A DNA stretch of 31,757 nucleotides from IMG/VR virus record IMGVR_UViG_3300012348_000015, positions 1 to 31,757 of that record, one strand, 5' to 3'. The translations under genes and the position numbers were made by a program. The DNA is from a virus (Duplodnaviria; Caudoviricetes). Shown in pieces: positions 7,059 through 15,725 of this stretch (positions within the stretch are counted from its first letter, which is position 1; every line of letters begins with the position of its first letter). The notes under the pieces are model-generated. The model did not search any database. It saw only the letters and a program-made list of their open reading frames with translations, and was not told the DNA's origin.

Positions 7059-7242
7059 CTCCGATTTGTTTTTTAGTTAAGTAATCTCTTAAATCTTCGC
7101 TAATTCTTCCAAGCTCTACCTCTTTTGCAAGGTGCTTGGCTACTACTTGCTGATATGCCTCGAAAGCTTCTTTGCTTCCGTTAAGAATCATGCGTAAACT
7201 GATACGCATAAACTCAAATTCTGCTATCTCTTGCGTTGTCAT
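7045..7242 (-). CDS. Hypothetical protein
   Basis: ORF with TAATG coupling to SSB. Confidence 0.65.
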   Translation of the reverse strand: MTTQEIAEFEFMRISLRMILNGSKEAFEAYQQVVAKHLAKEVELGRISEDLRDYLTKKQIGDETR

Positions 7243-7559
7243 TAGAAAGGAAGGTCTGATTTACGATTTGCTTGAAGTTGTCTTTCGTTCATGATTGCCA
7301 TTTGCATTGGACTAATATCATCAGATTCTACTTGCGGTTGAACCTTTGCTTTTGACTCCCAAGTATCAAGCTCCATATAGAACTTTCCTGACTTTGCTGC
7401 GTTGATCTTTAAGTTAACCCAGCCATTCTTTGCGTTTGCTTGTAGGAATGCGATTGCATCCTCTACCTTTACCGACATATTGCCGACCACCCAGTCCGGA
7501 GCATTGTCTGAACGTTTGAAAATAAAACCATCTGCGAATACTTTTTCTTGCTTTTCCAT
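7242..7559 (-). CDS. Putative single-stranded DNA-binding protein
   Basis: Follows ERF; GWVNLKI...GKFYMELDTW; acidic tail ending DLPF. Confidence 0.7.
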   Translation of the reverse strand: MEKQEKVFADGFIFKRSDNAPDWVVGNMSVKVEDAIAFLQANAKNGWVNLKINAAKSGKFYMELDTWESKAKVQPQVESDDISPMQMAIMNERQLQANRKSDLPF

Positions 7560-8068
7560 TACTTTGTTAGTTGTAGTTTACGGTTAGTGAATAATTTAAT
7601 ATCTGAATCTGTTAAGCTTGATTTATATTTAGAATAGAGAGTAGTTAATTCTTCCTCTGTGTTGCAGTTAGCGATTAGCTTTGTATCAAATGAATCTTTG
7701 ACTTGAACTCCAGCTGCATCTATATCCTTGTCAGTAATTAAGCCAAGCATTGAACTTAAAGCATATCTACGAAAGTAAGTAACTCCAGAACCATAGGCTT
7801 GGTAATCGTTCATGCTTCCAAGTTTTACCTTTGGTATTTGCGTGAAGCTTTCTAATTGCTCTCCGCTTTCTACATGAAATAGAATAGTCTTGATACCATC
7901 GTTCTCAAGTAACTGCGTAAAGCAAAGCTTATGCTTTTTAAGTAATGGATTTATTACGCTAAAGATTTGTGGCAAATCTGCGTAGGTATAGTTGTGGCCT
8001 TTGGTATCCTTGTGGATAATTGGGCAGTCGTTCTGAAAATCAGAAAGCGATTTAATTAGATTTTTCAT
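7559..8068 (-). CDS. erf: ERF-family single-strand annealing recombinase
   Basis: YTYADL...INPLL...FTQ and QAYGSGVTYFRRYALSSMLGL..DKDIDA signature. Confidence 0.92.
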   Translation of the reverse strand: MKNLIKSLSDFQNDCPIIHKDTKGHNYTYADLPQIFSVINPLLKKHKLCFTQLLENDGIKTILFHVESGEQLESFTQIPKVKLGSMNDYQAYGSGVTYFRRYALSSMLGLITDKDIDAAGVQVKDSFDTKLIANCNTEEELTTLYSKYKSSLTDSDIKLFTNRKLQLTK

Positions 8069-8213
8069 AATCAATAAATTTGATAAAGGTTGAACGATTT
8101 TTTTTGCATTCGTTTTGAATGATATCCTTTACTTCCCAAAGTTCAGGATTGTAAGACCAGGTCATGGTATAAATTCCGCCTTGATCTTTGAACTGTGCTT
8201 TTATAACTTTCAT
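8052..8213 (-). CDS. Hypothetical protein (53 aa)
   Basis: Manual translation MKVIKAQFKDQGGIYTMTWSYNPELWEVKDIIQNECKK...; ATGA overlap. Confidence 0.6.
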   Translation of the reverse strand: MKVIKAQFKDQGGIYTMTWSYNPELWEVKDIIQNECKKNRSTFIKFIDYEKSN

Positions 8214-8326
8214 GATAATAAAGAGTAGAAAGTTAAAGCTGCTAAAATAAAAGCTACTTGCTTTGCAAATGGGATAATATCAGCCTTGCTGAAATCTCCG
8301 ATTAAAAGTGTGATAATGTTTTTCAT
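8210..8326 (-). CDS. Small hydrophobic protein (38 aa), first early gene
   Basis: Manual translation MKNIITLLIGDFSKADIIPFAKQVAFILAALTFYSLLS*; directly downstream of the promoter. Confidence 0.55.
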   Translation of the reverse strand: MKNIITLLIGDFSKADIIPFAKQVAFILAALTFYSLLS

Positions 8327-8354
8327 TTAGAAAGGTTTTTGTTTTTTGATATGT

Positions 8355-8385
8355 CAAAGGTAATACTTAATTCGTAATAAAAAAA
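8355..8385 (-). promoter_or_regulatory. Early promoter, Bacteroidota primary-sigma type
   Basis: Perfect -7 box TACCTTTG (8362-8355); TTTT at the -33 position after 19 nt; A/T tracts upstream. Confidence 0.72.
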
Positions 8386-8413
8386 CTTTTTTTTAAATTA
8401 TTTTTAGAGCAAC

Positions 8414-8446
8414 AAAAAAGCCACCAGATAAAATCCAATGGCTTTC
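8414..8446 (-). terminator. Rho-independent terminator ending the late/lysis operon
   Basis: Minus strand AAGCCATTGGA-TTTTA-TCTGGTGGCTT with stem running into a T tract (G-U pairs allowed). Confidence 0.8.
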
Positions 8447-8498
8447 TAAGGAAACTAAACCTATTTCTACTATGAAAAAAATTCTTACTGATGCAAAA

Positions 8499-9491
8499 CT
8501 AAACTATTTTTCCGTCTTTTATCATAATGTTCTGGACTTTTGATTTGCCTTCTGTGATCTCTACCAAAGCAAAGCCATGATTATGCTGCGCGAATGGATA
8601 ATACTTCGGCGATAAATGGGTAAGACATCCAGTCGAATAGCTATGAATGAAGTTTTTAAATCCATCTTTCTTAGTTGTGCTAGTAGTTCTATGAACGTGT
8701 CCGATCAAAGTATTGCAAAAGGTCTTGTTGAATGTAGTCTGCGAAGGATTCATTCCTCCAGCCATGATCTCATGACCATGACAAACAAGTAGATCGCCCA
8801 TCTCCATGCCTTGCCAATCTTCTACCCATTCAATTTTCAAGTGATCCAATCGGAAGAACTTATCAAACTGAAGCTCATTAAGTCCAGCAAACTCTTCTGC
8901 TTGCGCGTACAAATAACGCTGATAGCGATTCTCATGATTCCCAGCTTTAAAGTATATTGGAATCAATGGAAAAATATCTCTTAGCTTTTGCATAAAGCCT
9001 CTGCACATTTCAATCTCTCGAACAAAGTCCCGTAAGTCCTTTTCTTTCTCGTGTCTTGAAATAGAATAAAAATCGAAGGTATCCCCGTTTAAATAAAGGC
9101 AATCTATCTCTTGTTCTTTTAGGTATCTAATTGCGCAAGTAAGAGCTTCTAAGGAATGAAAAGGAACGTGAATGTCGGATAGTATTCCAATCTTTTTTAA
9201 ATGCTCTGGAAGCCGTGCGCTTGTGTACTCTTTACCAATACCAGGTTCAATACCAAAGCTATCTAATTCGTCCAAGTCAAAGCTTTCAATTTTAGCCGAA
9301 GGTCTTGTTTGTTTAAAATATTCAGAACGCGCCTTTACTGAAATTCCGTACCTGGTCATCTTTTTGTGGAATGCTTCTTGGCTTGCGTAGCCATAGGTTT
9401 CCCAGTTTTCACGTTCGAAGTCTACTCTTGTTAAATTAGTCGCGTTGAAATGGCTTCTAATCTGATCTATCTTACTTGTTTTGTTGCTCAT
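8499..9491 (-). CDS. Calcineurin-like metallophosphoesterase with N-terminal extension
   Basis: All five motifs present: SDIHVPFH, LNGDTFD, AGNHE, HGHE, GHVH. Confidence 0.92.
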   Translation of the reverse strand: MSNKTSKIDQIRSHFNATNLTRVDFERENWETYGYASQEAFHKKMTRYGISVKARSEYFKQTRPSAKIESFDLDELDSFGIEPGIGKEYTSARLPEHLKKIGILSDIHVPFHSLEALTCAIRYLKEQEIDCLYLNGDTFDFYSISRHEKEKDLRDFVREIEMCRGFMQKLRDIFPLIPIYFKAGNHENRYQRYLYAQAEEFAGLNELQFDKFFRLDHLKIEWVEDWQGMEMGDLLVCHGHEIMAGGMNPSQTTFNKTFCNTLIGHVHRTTSTTKKDGFKNFIHSYSTGCLTHLSPKYYPFAQHNHGFALVEITEGKSKVQNIMIKDGKIV

Positions 9492-9675
9492 ATTCGCTCA
9501 TTATTTGATCAACAAGAAACTCTAAGTTATTAGCGAGCTTCATGCGTAGGACAAAAGTAGAATCGTCCATTTGATTTACAGTTTCCAAAATGTCCAGCAT
9601 CGTGCCAAGCATTTTTAACGTTGTTAATTCTTCGTCTGGTTTTTTGCCCACTGGTTCGATTTCTATTTTATACAT
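9472..9675 (-). CDS. Hypothetical protein
   Basis: ATG 9675 (MYKIEIEP) preferred. Confidence 0.6.
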   Translation of the reverse strand: MYKIEIEPVGKKPDEELTTLKMLGTMLDILETVNQMDDSTFVLRMKLANNLEFLVDQIMSEYEQQNK

Positions 9676-10031
9676 AAATAGCTTACTAGAATAGTTGACA
9701 AGATAAAGAAATTTCTTTGCCATCCGTTACGCATTCTTTTCTTTTCGCTTTTAAGCAAAGCTTTTTCGCCTTCCCATATCTTTGCTTGTCTTGCGTAGTT
9801 TTCGTCCGTTAGGATTGAGATATAAGCCTTAGAAACCGAATCTTTCTTTAAGAGTATCTTGCGCTCTTTCAAGTCGTGGATTAATGTATCCATAAACTCT
9901 ACTGGAACGCAGATTTGCTTACCGTATTTTGGAGTATCTAAGTAGGAAATTTGTCCTTTCGCTATCTGAGTAAGTAAAAGGAATCCGATAAGTAACGGAA
10001 TCGAGTTTAAGAATTTCTGATTTGATTTCAT
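9663..10031 (-). CDS. Spanin-like lysis accessory protein (signal peptide, coiled coil, C-terminal TM)
   Basis: Downstream of endolysin; N-terminal hydrophobic signal, basic stretch, C-terminal FFILSTILVSYLCI. Confidence 0.55.
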   Translation of the reverse strand: MKSNQKFLNSIPLLIGFLLLTQIAKGQISYLDTPKYGKQICVPVEFMDTLIHDLKERKILLKKDSVSKAYISILTDENYARQAKIWEGEKALLKSEKKRMRNGWQRNFFILSTILVSYLCIK

Positions 10032-10167
10032 TGGTCTGAATTAATGTAGATTTTGGCTGAATATTCGTCTGCTTTTTTGTGCAATCCTTGTAAACTATGG
10101 CTACAAAAAACAAAAGAAGTAACCAAGTTACCGCCTTTATTACATTAGTGTATTGATCAAGATTCAT
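9919..10167 (-). CDS. Spanin-like membrane protein (N-terminal TM)
   Basis: TWLLLLFFVAIVY helix; overlaps the endolysin end and the next gene by 113 nt. Confidence 0.55.
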   Translation of the reverse strand: MNLDQYTNVIKAVTWLLLLFFVAIVYKDCTKKQTNIQPKSTLIQTNEIKSEILKLDSVTYRIPFTYSDSERTNFLLRYSKIR

Positions 10168-10612
10168 ATAAGTCAGCTTCTGCTATTCTGCGATTAGTCA
10201 AACCCTTCAAAGCTCTGCCGTTTGCCTTATTCCACTTTAAGAACTCGTTACGAATTGTAACGTCTTGCGGATTATTGTTTACCTTCTTTAGTAAAGTGCT
10301 ATTTTTTAGAGCATTGACACCCACATTATAAGCGAATGCGCATAAGGCATCAAATTGGTTTTGATTAATGTCATCGCGACAAAATGAGTCAACTGATTTT
10401 TCATACGTTTTTAGCATATTCATTAGCATCGTAGAAGCTTGTCCTTCCGTGATTGCTTTATCGCTCATTGTTACTCTTAATCCGTTAGGATAGTAAGTAG
10501 CACCGTAGCCAATTGTAGGAATGCCAGCTGGGCATTTGTATGGCTTTAAGAGAAGTCCCTCAAACTGTTTGATCAGGCTCAGTCCCTTTGCGCCGATTGC
10601 GTTTACTTTCAT
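10157..10612 (-). CDS. Endolysin, GH24 phage lysozyme
   Basis: IKQFEG...YKCPAGIPTIGYG, QNQFDAL..FAYNVG, LKGLTNRRIAE. Confidence 0.95.
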   Translation of the reverse strand: MKVNAIGAKGLSLIKQFEGLLLKPYKCPAGIPTIGYGATYYPNGLRVTMSDKAITEGQASTMLMNMLKTYEKSVDSFCRDDINQNQFDALCAFAYNVGVNALKNSTLLKKVNNNPQDVTIRNEFLKWNKANGRALKGLTNRRIAEADLYES

Positions 10613-10889
10613 TTGGTTGTCCTTCTAGTTTCTGGCGAAGCTCTACGTTCTCCGTGCGGAGCGTATGCACTTCAGTTGTAAGCAACTCAATCTTCTCTTT
10701 TAATTCCGCTACTTCCGCTTTCATATCTGTTGCCATTTCTCTCCAAATCTTTATAGCCTCTTGAACGTTGGTAATCTCAGAGCCTTGTATTTCTACCTTC
10801 TCTTTATTTCTACCAATTAGCCAACCAAAGAAACCAGTAAACGCAGATATGATAGCTGGGAAAATAACGTTTTCAAAATCAAAGTTCAT
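10560..10889 (-). CDS. Putative holin (one N-terminal TM plus coiled coil)
   Basis: Immediately upstream of lysozyme; IISAFTGFFGWLIG then heptad repeats. Confidence 0.6.
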   Translation of the reverse strand: MNFDFENVIFPAIISAFTGFFGWLIGRNKEKVEIQGSEITNVQEAIKIWREMATDMKAEVAELKEKIELLTTEVHTLRTENVELRQKLEGQPNESKRNRRKGTEPDQTV

Positions 10890-10892
10890 ATC

Positions 10893-11183
10893 TTACAAAT
10901 GGCCTACTTGTGATTGTTCTTCTTCAGTTAATTCTCCTTCTCTCTCAGTTAATCCAAGAGTTTCTAAAGCCCAATCTATAATAATAGAATCGGAAACGCC
11001 CCATTGTGAAACGATAGATTCTGGAATAATAAGATTGCCTTCTTCAATTTGTGGATTGAATTGAGATTTTAAACAGAAGTATAAGTTTTGATAAGGTTGA
11101 TTTAAAGCGTAGTTAATTACGTTTAATTCAACACGATCAGCGATTTCTCTTACTCCTTTAACTGGAACGATGAATACGATCAT
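10893..11183 (-). CDS. Hypothetical tail-fibre-associated protein
   Basis: GNLIIP...QWGVSDSIIIDWALETLGL pattern; lies after the fibre genes. Confidence 0.6.
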   Translation of the reverse strand: MIVFIVPVKGVREIADRVELNVINYALNQPYQNLYFCLKSQFNPQIEEGNLIIPESIVSQWGVSDSIIIDWALETLGLTEREGELTEEEQSQVGHL

Positions 11184-11185
11184 AA

Positions 11186-11455
11186 TTAGTCTTTAATAAA
11201 TACTTCTAATAATTGAGCTTTAGCCAATATAGTAAAGCTTTCCGAATCTTTAATAAATGTTTTTAGTGTTTCTTGGTCTGACTTGTCTAAGTCTAATACC
11301 TCGCCTTTAAATAATTTCTTTGCCCAATCCCAGAACTTTAAAGCATCGCCTTTGCTTGCTCCAGCTAATGCTCCAGAAAGCATTTTGCCAGCGTTTCCAC
11401 CTTCAAATGCAATCTCGTCTAGTCCTAAAAAATCAAAGTTAAAATCTAATTTCAT
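11186..11455 (-). CDS. Hypothetical protein (possible fibre chaperone)
   Basis: ORF after fibre/adhesin with its own promoter-like motif. Confidence 0.6.
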   Translation of the reverse strand: MKLDFNFDFLGLDEIAFEGGNAGKMLSGALAGASKGDALKFWDWAKKLFKGEVLDLDKSDQETLKTFIKDSESFTILAKAQLLEVFIKD

Positions 11456-11476
11456 TACGTTAGTTGTTTGGTTCTC

Positions 11477-11489
11477 TAATAAATAGCAA
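11477..11489 (-). promoter_or_regulatory. Candidate late-promoter motif TTGCTATTTATTA
   Basis: Intergenic; same core as 19757 and 29321. Confidence 0.6.
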
Positions 11490-11506
11490 AATTATATTTG
11501 TTTTAA

Positions 11507-13657
11507 TTATACATTTCCATAATCATAGCTTCCATCTGCATTAACATAAATAAGCATCTCTCCATAAAGTAACTTAGGATTAGGAACTAAGCTTTGTACC
11601 GTGTATTCAAAGTAACCAGTCTTAGTAACTGCTTGCCTAATCTCTTGCCCACTTTGATATAAGTCAGTCTTGATTTGAATTACAAAATATTGCAAGTTTT
11701 GGTAATTAGGAAAGCCAGAGTTTACATAATAAAGATAATAGCTTCCGCCATAGCTTGGCATTACTTCTCCGCTTCCTCTTGCTGGATCAAGGTAGTAAAT
11801 AAATTTTAAGAAATGCGCCGAAGTATCAGGTACTCCGTTAAAGTTTACTTGTACATCTGTGCTAGTATTGTAAGACCTATGCACTAAGTTTAAGCTATTT
11901 GGATTGCTTGGTACTCTTTCGAATTTGTAGCTTAATTGGACTGAATAATTAGCCGCCCATCTTATGTACGCATAACGCTGAATAATATAAAAATTATTAG
12001 GGCTAAAATAAAAGGCTGCACTTTGGATAAAGTTAACTAATTGAAAAGTATCCTTTACTCTTAATCCGCTTGGATTTGGGCTATCTTCTGCCAAATAGTA
12101 ATCTATTGGCATATCAATATAAAATCTAAAGTAATACTGGCCAATTGGAACGCTTCCTTTAGGAGTTATTTGTACCGCTCCCGCTGGTGCGCTATAAGCA
12201 AACTCCCAATAAGTAGTATTTAAAATACATTTAATTTGTGATCCTGGATAATGAGCGGGCATATATACCTTAAAATCTAAGGAATCGTTATTTGTTTCTC
12301 CGCTACTAATATCCAATACCGCAGTATAATAAGCTCTATCCGTTGGAACTGCGTAAATATCTCCTTCTGGAATAGGCAAATCTAATCCATTACCTCCGTA
12401 TGTAAAATCTTGGTTTTCAGCAAATGCAGTTAACGAATAAACCGCTGGAGTTCTGATAATATGGTTAAAGCTATTTGAGTAAACAGTATTAACTAATCCG
12501 CCTCCAAACATTGAAGCAGTTAAGTTATAATTTCCTACTTCTAAAGAATTAAATCTTATGCCTATTCCTTGATTGTAACCTGGCTCTAATTGTGAAGGAT
12601 TAGAGATAACAATCATATTGCTTGATACGCTCAAAGACCAACCTGGAGGAACGTTAAAAACATCCTTGTAAGATATGCCAGAAGGCAAAGGCAAATTAAT
12701 AGTAGTAGTTCCTACTGTATAAGCAGTATTTATTTTTACGGTAATAACCAAGTAAAAAGATAAGCCTCTCGTAGATTGAGATTCTCCCGTGATTATTAAC
12801 TCTCCAGTAGGATAAACATACCCACAAGTACCCATTTGATTAGCTACGTTTTGAGCGTTAGCATCTAACCAGTTATTCGCTTGAGTTACAGATAGATTGG
12901 TAGCTTGTGCATCCGCATCTGCTTGGCTAATGTAGCTCGTATAGGTATTAGTAAAGTAAGGACTCCAAACTTGAACGTATGATCCAGTACCTAAGCTACC
13001 GCAGTTATTACGTTGAAGCGTTCTATCTCTGCGCTCTGTCTTAGTACTTGTATAGGTAGCAGTATTTACGCTTGTAGCTGTAGTATTAGAATAGCGAATA
13101 GTATTATCGCCTCCGCCATTACAAGAAGCTTGGTTGTAAAACGTTCCCGAATAGAAAGTCTTGACGATAATGTAAAACGAAACTGATTGCCCTACTCCTA
13201 AGCCACCAGTATAAGTAATAACTACATTCTGCCCGGTTACCGTGTAAGTCATATTACTACCAGTTACGGAGTTTATGATTATATTATTCGGTACAGTATC
13301 GTAAATATAAATATTTCCAATCGCAGAAGTTTCTCCGTTATTGGTAATTGTAATGAAGTAGTTAAAATCTTCGCCAGCGTTAGCAGTTGGAGTTGAAGCT
13401 TTGGTAATCTGAAGGAATGGCTTAGGTACTCCGCAAGTTTGGCAGTAGCGATACCATTCATCTGGGAAGACAGTAGGTAAAACACCATCTGGCTTATAAG
13501 GCGAATTTTGGTTTAATGGTATAGTCTGCCCTGAAGCGTTTTGTAATTGTCCAAGCTCGGCTAATGTAATAGAAATCGGAGGATTCTGTAAAGATTCCCC
13601 CGTTATTTCATTATACACATCTGCGAAGGACATTTCGCCCGCACTCTGTAAAGCCAT
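11507..13657 (-). CDS. Putative tail-tip adhesin / receptor-binding protein with DUF11-like and DUF5977-like domains
   Basis: N-term MALQSAGEMSFADVYNE (fibre-tip attachment type); DUF11 LQITK...YFITITNNG...IYDTVP...FYNQA; DUF5977 QRNNC..GS.V...YTSYISQADAD...ANQMGTC. Confidence 0.75.
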   Translation of the reverse strand: MALQSAGEMSFADVYNEITGESLQNPPISITLAELGQLQNASGQTIPLNQNSPYKPDGVLPTVFPDEWYRYCQTCGVPKPFLQITKASTPTANAGEDFNYFITITNNGETSAIGNIYIYDTVPNNIIINSVTGSNMTYTVTGQNVVITYTGGLGVGQSVSFYIIVKTFYSGTFYNQASCNGGGDNTIRYSNTTATSVNTATYTSTKTERRDRTLQRNNCGSLGTGSYVQVWSPYFTNTYTSYISQADADAQATNLSVTQANNWLDANAQNVANQMGTCGYVYPTGELIITGESQSTRGLSFYLVITVKINTAYTVGTTTINLPLPSGISYKDVFNVPPGWSLSVSSNMIVISNPSQLEPGYNQGIGIRFNSLEVGNYNLTASMFGGGLVNTVYSNSFNHIIRTPAVYSLTAFAENQDFTYGGNGLDLPIPEGDIYAVPTDRAYYTAVLDISSGETNNDSLDFKVYMPAHYPGSQIKCILNTTYWEFAYSAPAGAVQITPKGSVPIGQYYFRFYIDMPIDYYLAEDSPNPSGLRVKDTFQLVNFIQSAAFYFSPNNFYIIQRYAYIRWAANYSVQLSYKFERVPSNPNSLNLVHRSYNTSTDVQVNFNGVPDTSAHFLKFIYYLDPARGSGEVMPSYGGSYYLYYVNSGFPNYQNLQYFVIQIKTDLYQSGQEIRQAVTKTGYFEYTVQSLVPNPKLLYGEMLIYVNADGSYDYGNV

Positions 13658-13658
13658 A

Positions 13659-15725
13659 CTATTTTTCTAAAGCAGACAATCTTGCTTGTAAAGAATCGTT
13701 TTGTACTTTTAAATCTTTAATCGCCTCAATTAATAGCGCTGAAATGTTTCCGTATTCAACACCCATAAGACCATCGTTGCCTTTGTTTACAATTTCAGGT
13801 AAAACTTTGTCAATCTCTTGAGCAATTACTCCAGCGTGGCGATCTTCATCGTAGATAGTATTGTAAGTATAGCCAGAGATTTCGCTTACTTTTTGCAAAG
13901 CGTTTTCGATGCGCTCAATGTTTTTCTTTAGACGAACATCTGAGTTAGCAGTAATAGAACCAGTTGCTCGGATTGAACCATTAACATAAAGTTTCTCTCC
14001 GTTGTCGGTTGTAGTATCAATTAATACGTTTCCACTTGATTTTATTTTAAAACGATATGCCCCAGAAGTTTCATCATAAATCGAAAAATCTCCAGTACTT
14101 TGAGAAAATATTTGATATTCTCTAACAGATGTAGAATTATAAAATGCAATAGCAGCATTTGTACTACTTTCTACTCTAATTCCAGTTCCACGATCTCCAC
14201 CAGAAACTTGAAGTTTACCTCCAGGAGTTGTGGTATTTATACCTACGTTTCCATCTCTTGTTAAAGACATTACATCAGACTGAGTACCAAAATAGTTTCT
14301 TCTAAAAGTAAGTGCATCTGCGCCTCCTCCGATATATATATGATAACCGTTTCTTTCTCCTGATCTTTCTAAATAAATTCCATTATTATAACTAGTACTA
14401 GATTGCTTAATTGTAAATGCTGCCGAATCTGCACTATTTGAAATGGAACCATTTAGTTGTAATAAGCCAGTAGGAGAAGTCGTACCAATACCTACGTTTC
14501 CAGCAGCAGAAATTCGCATACGTTCTACTAAAGTAGCAGCAGTTCCAGCGCTACCACTTGCAGCAGTATAAAAAGTATGATTTCCAGTTCCATCTATACT
14601 ATGCTGACCACCAGTACCAGTATTAATAAAAGTCCAAGATCCACCAGAATTGAAATATAAATTTTGACTTAAAAATATTGATCCATTAGTAGAATATCCA
14701 ATAAAAGAACCATTAGGTAAATTAAGTCCTTTAAAGTTAGTAAACCAAGTTGGAGGAGTTACATTAATTCCTATTTGGTTTCCATCATCATAAATAATAC
14801 CATTGCCAATTGCAGTGCCTGAAGTCCATTTAGCATGATAACCAGAAGTACCAGTACCAGTAACTGGATTGGTAATTGTATTCTGTTTGCCGTTAAACGT
14901 ATTCCAATCGGTTGAAGATAAAAAACCGCTTACAGAAGTTGTAGCTTGCTTTACTTGAACGCTTAATCCGCTTCCTATAATTGCTCCAGTTCCTCCAGTA
15001 ATTGTAAGGACTGAGCTTGTAGCTTCTGTAAAGTTGCCAAGCGTTAAAGTAGATTGTTTGCCGTTAAATGTATTCCAATCTGTGCTACTTAAATATCCAT
15101 TTGTTGAAGTTGTAGCTTGTGTAATTCCTATTGCTCCAGTCGTAGAGTTATAAGTAATTGGAGCAGTTCCGCTAAGTGTTGCTCTTGCAAGTGCATCTGT
15201 GTACTGAGTTAACGAAGTGCTAAATACTCCCGTAGAAGAATTATAAGAAATATTTCCAGTTGCACTTACTAACGCTCGAATAGAAGCATCTGTGTAAACT
15301 GTTCCCGTATAACTAATTACACCCGTAGAAGAGTTATAAGATATGCCACTTGTACCTGATAAGAAACTAGCAGTAATACCACCAAGTCCAGCTAAGGTAT
15401 AAGTAGGAACGTTTAAAACTCCAGTAGAAGAAGAATAAGTAGAAGCTCCAGAAGAACCAGTAGTAGTTAAGCTTATTGCAGCTCTTGATCTTGCCTCTGT
15501 AAAATATCTATTAGTAGGCGAAGCTAATTCTTGAATGTCATCTGTATCTAAAACTAAAGCTCCAGTTAGACCATTTACTGAAATTACCGCGCCACCAATT
15601 GCAGCTTGCAAGTCAGCGATAGTCTTCTTGAACAACTGCCCAGTAGTCGCATCTCCTAACGGAAATAAATCTGTACTCTGAATCGTAGTCTTAGCTACTA
15701 ATTGGTTTATTTTTTTATTTGCCAT
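13659..15725 (-). CDS. Tail fibre with C-terminal intramolecular chaperone (peptidase S74)
   Basis: GNVGIGTTSP repeats, Thr/Ser/Gly-rich shaft, SDVRLKKNI...GVIAQE...LLIEAIKDL. Confidence 0.92.
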   Translation of the reverse strand: MANKKINQLVAKTTIQSTDLFPLGDATTGQLFKKTIADLQAAIGGAVISVNGLTGALVLDTDDIQELASPTNRYFTEARSRAAISLTTTGSSGASTYSSSTGVLNVPTYTLAGLGGITASFLSGTSGISYNSSTGVISYTGTVYTDASIRALVSATGNISYNSSTGVFSTSLTQYTDALARATLSGTAPITYNSTTGAIGITQATTSTNGYLSSTDWNTFNGKQSTLTLGNFTEATSSVLTITGGTGAIIGSGLSVQVKQATTSVSGFLSSTDWNTFNGKQNTITNPVTGTGTSGYHAKWTSGTAIGNGIIYDDGNQIGINVTPPTWFTNFKGLNLPNGSFIGYSTNGSIFLSQNLYFNSGGSWTFINTGTGGQHSIDGTGNHTFYTAASGSAGTAATLVERMRISAAGNVGIGTTSPTGLLQLNGSISNSADSAAFTIKQSSTSYNNGIYLERSGERNGYHIYIGGGADALTFRRNYFGTQSDVMSLTRDGNVGINTTTPGGKLQVSGGDRGTGIRVESSTNAAIAFYNSTSVREYQIFSQSTGDFSIYDETSGAYRFKIKSSGNVLIDTTTDNGEKLYVNGSIRATGSITANSDVRLKKNIERIENALQKVSEISGYTYNTIYDEDRHAGVIAQEIDKVLPEIVNKGNDGLMGVEYGNISALLIEAIKDLKVQNDSLQARLSALEK

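Noticed and set aside
8327-8498. Lysogeny module (integrase, repressor, att site) at the late/early junction
   Set aside because: Only a terminator and a promoter are present; no divergent gene. Lifestyle cannot be determined from this window
11507-15725. Diversity-generating retroelement or invertible fibre cassette
   Set aside because: No reverse transcriptase, invertase, or template/variable repeat pair seen in the window
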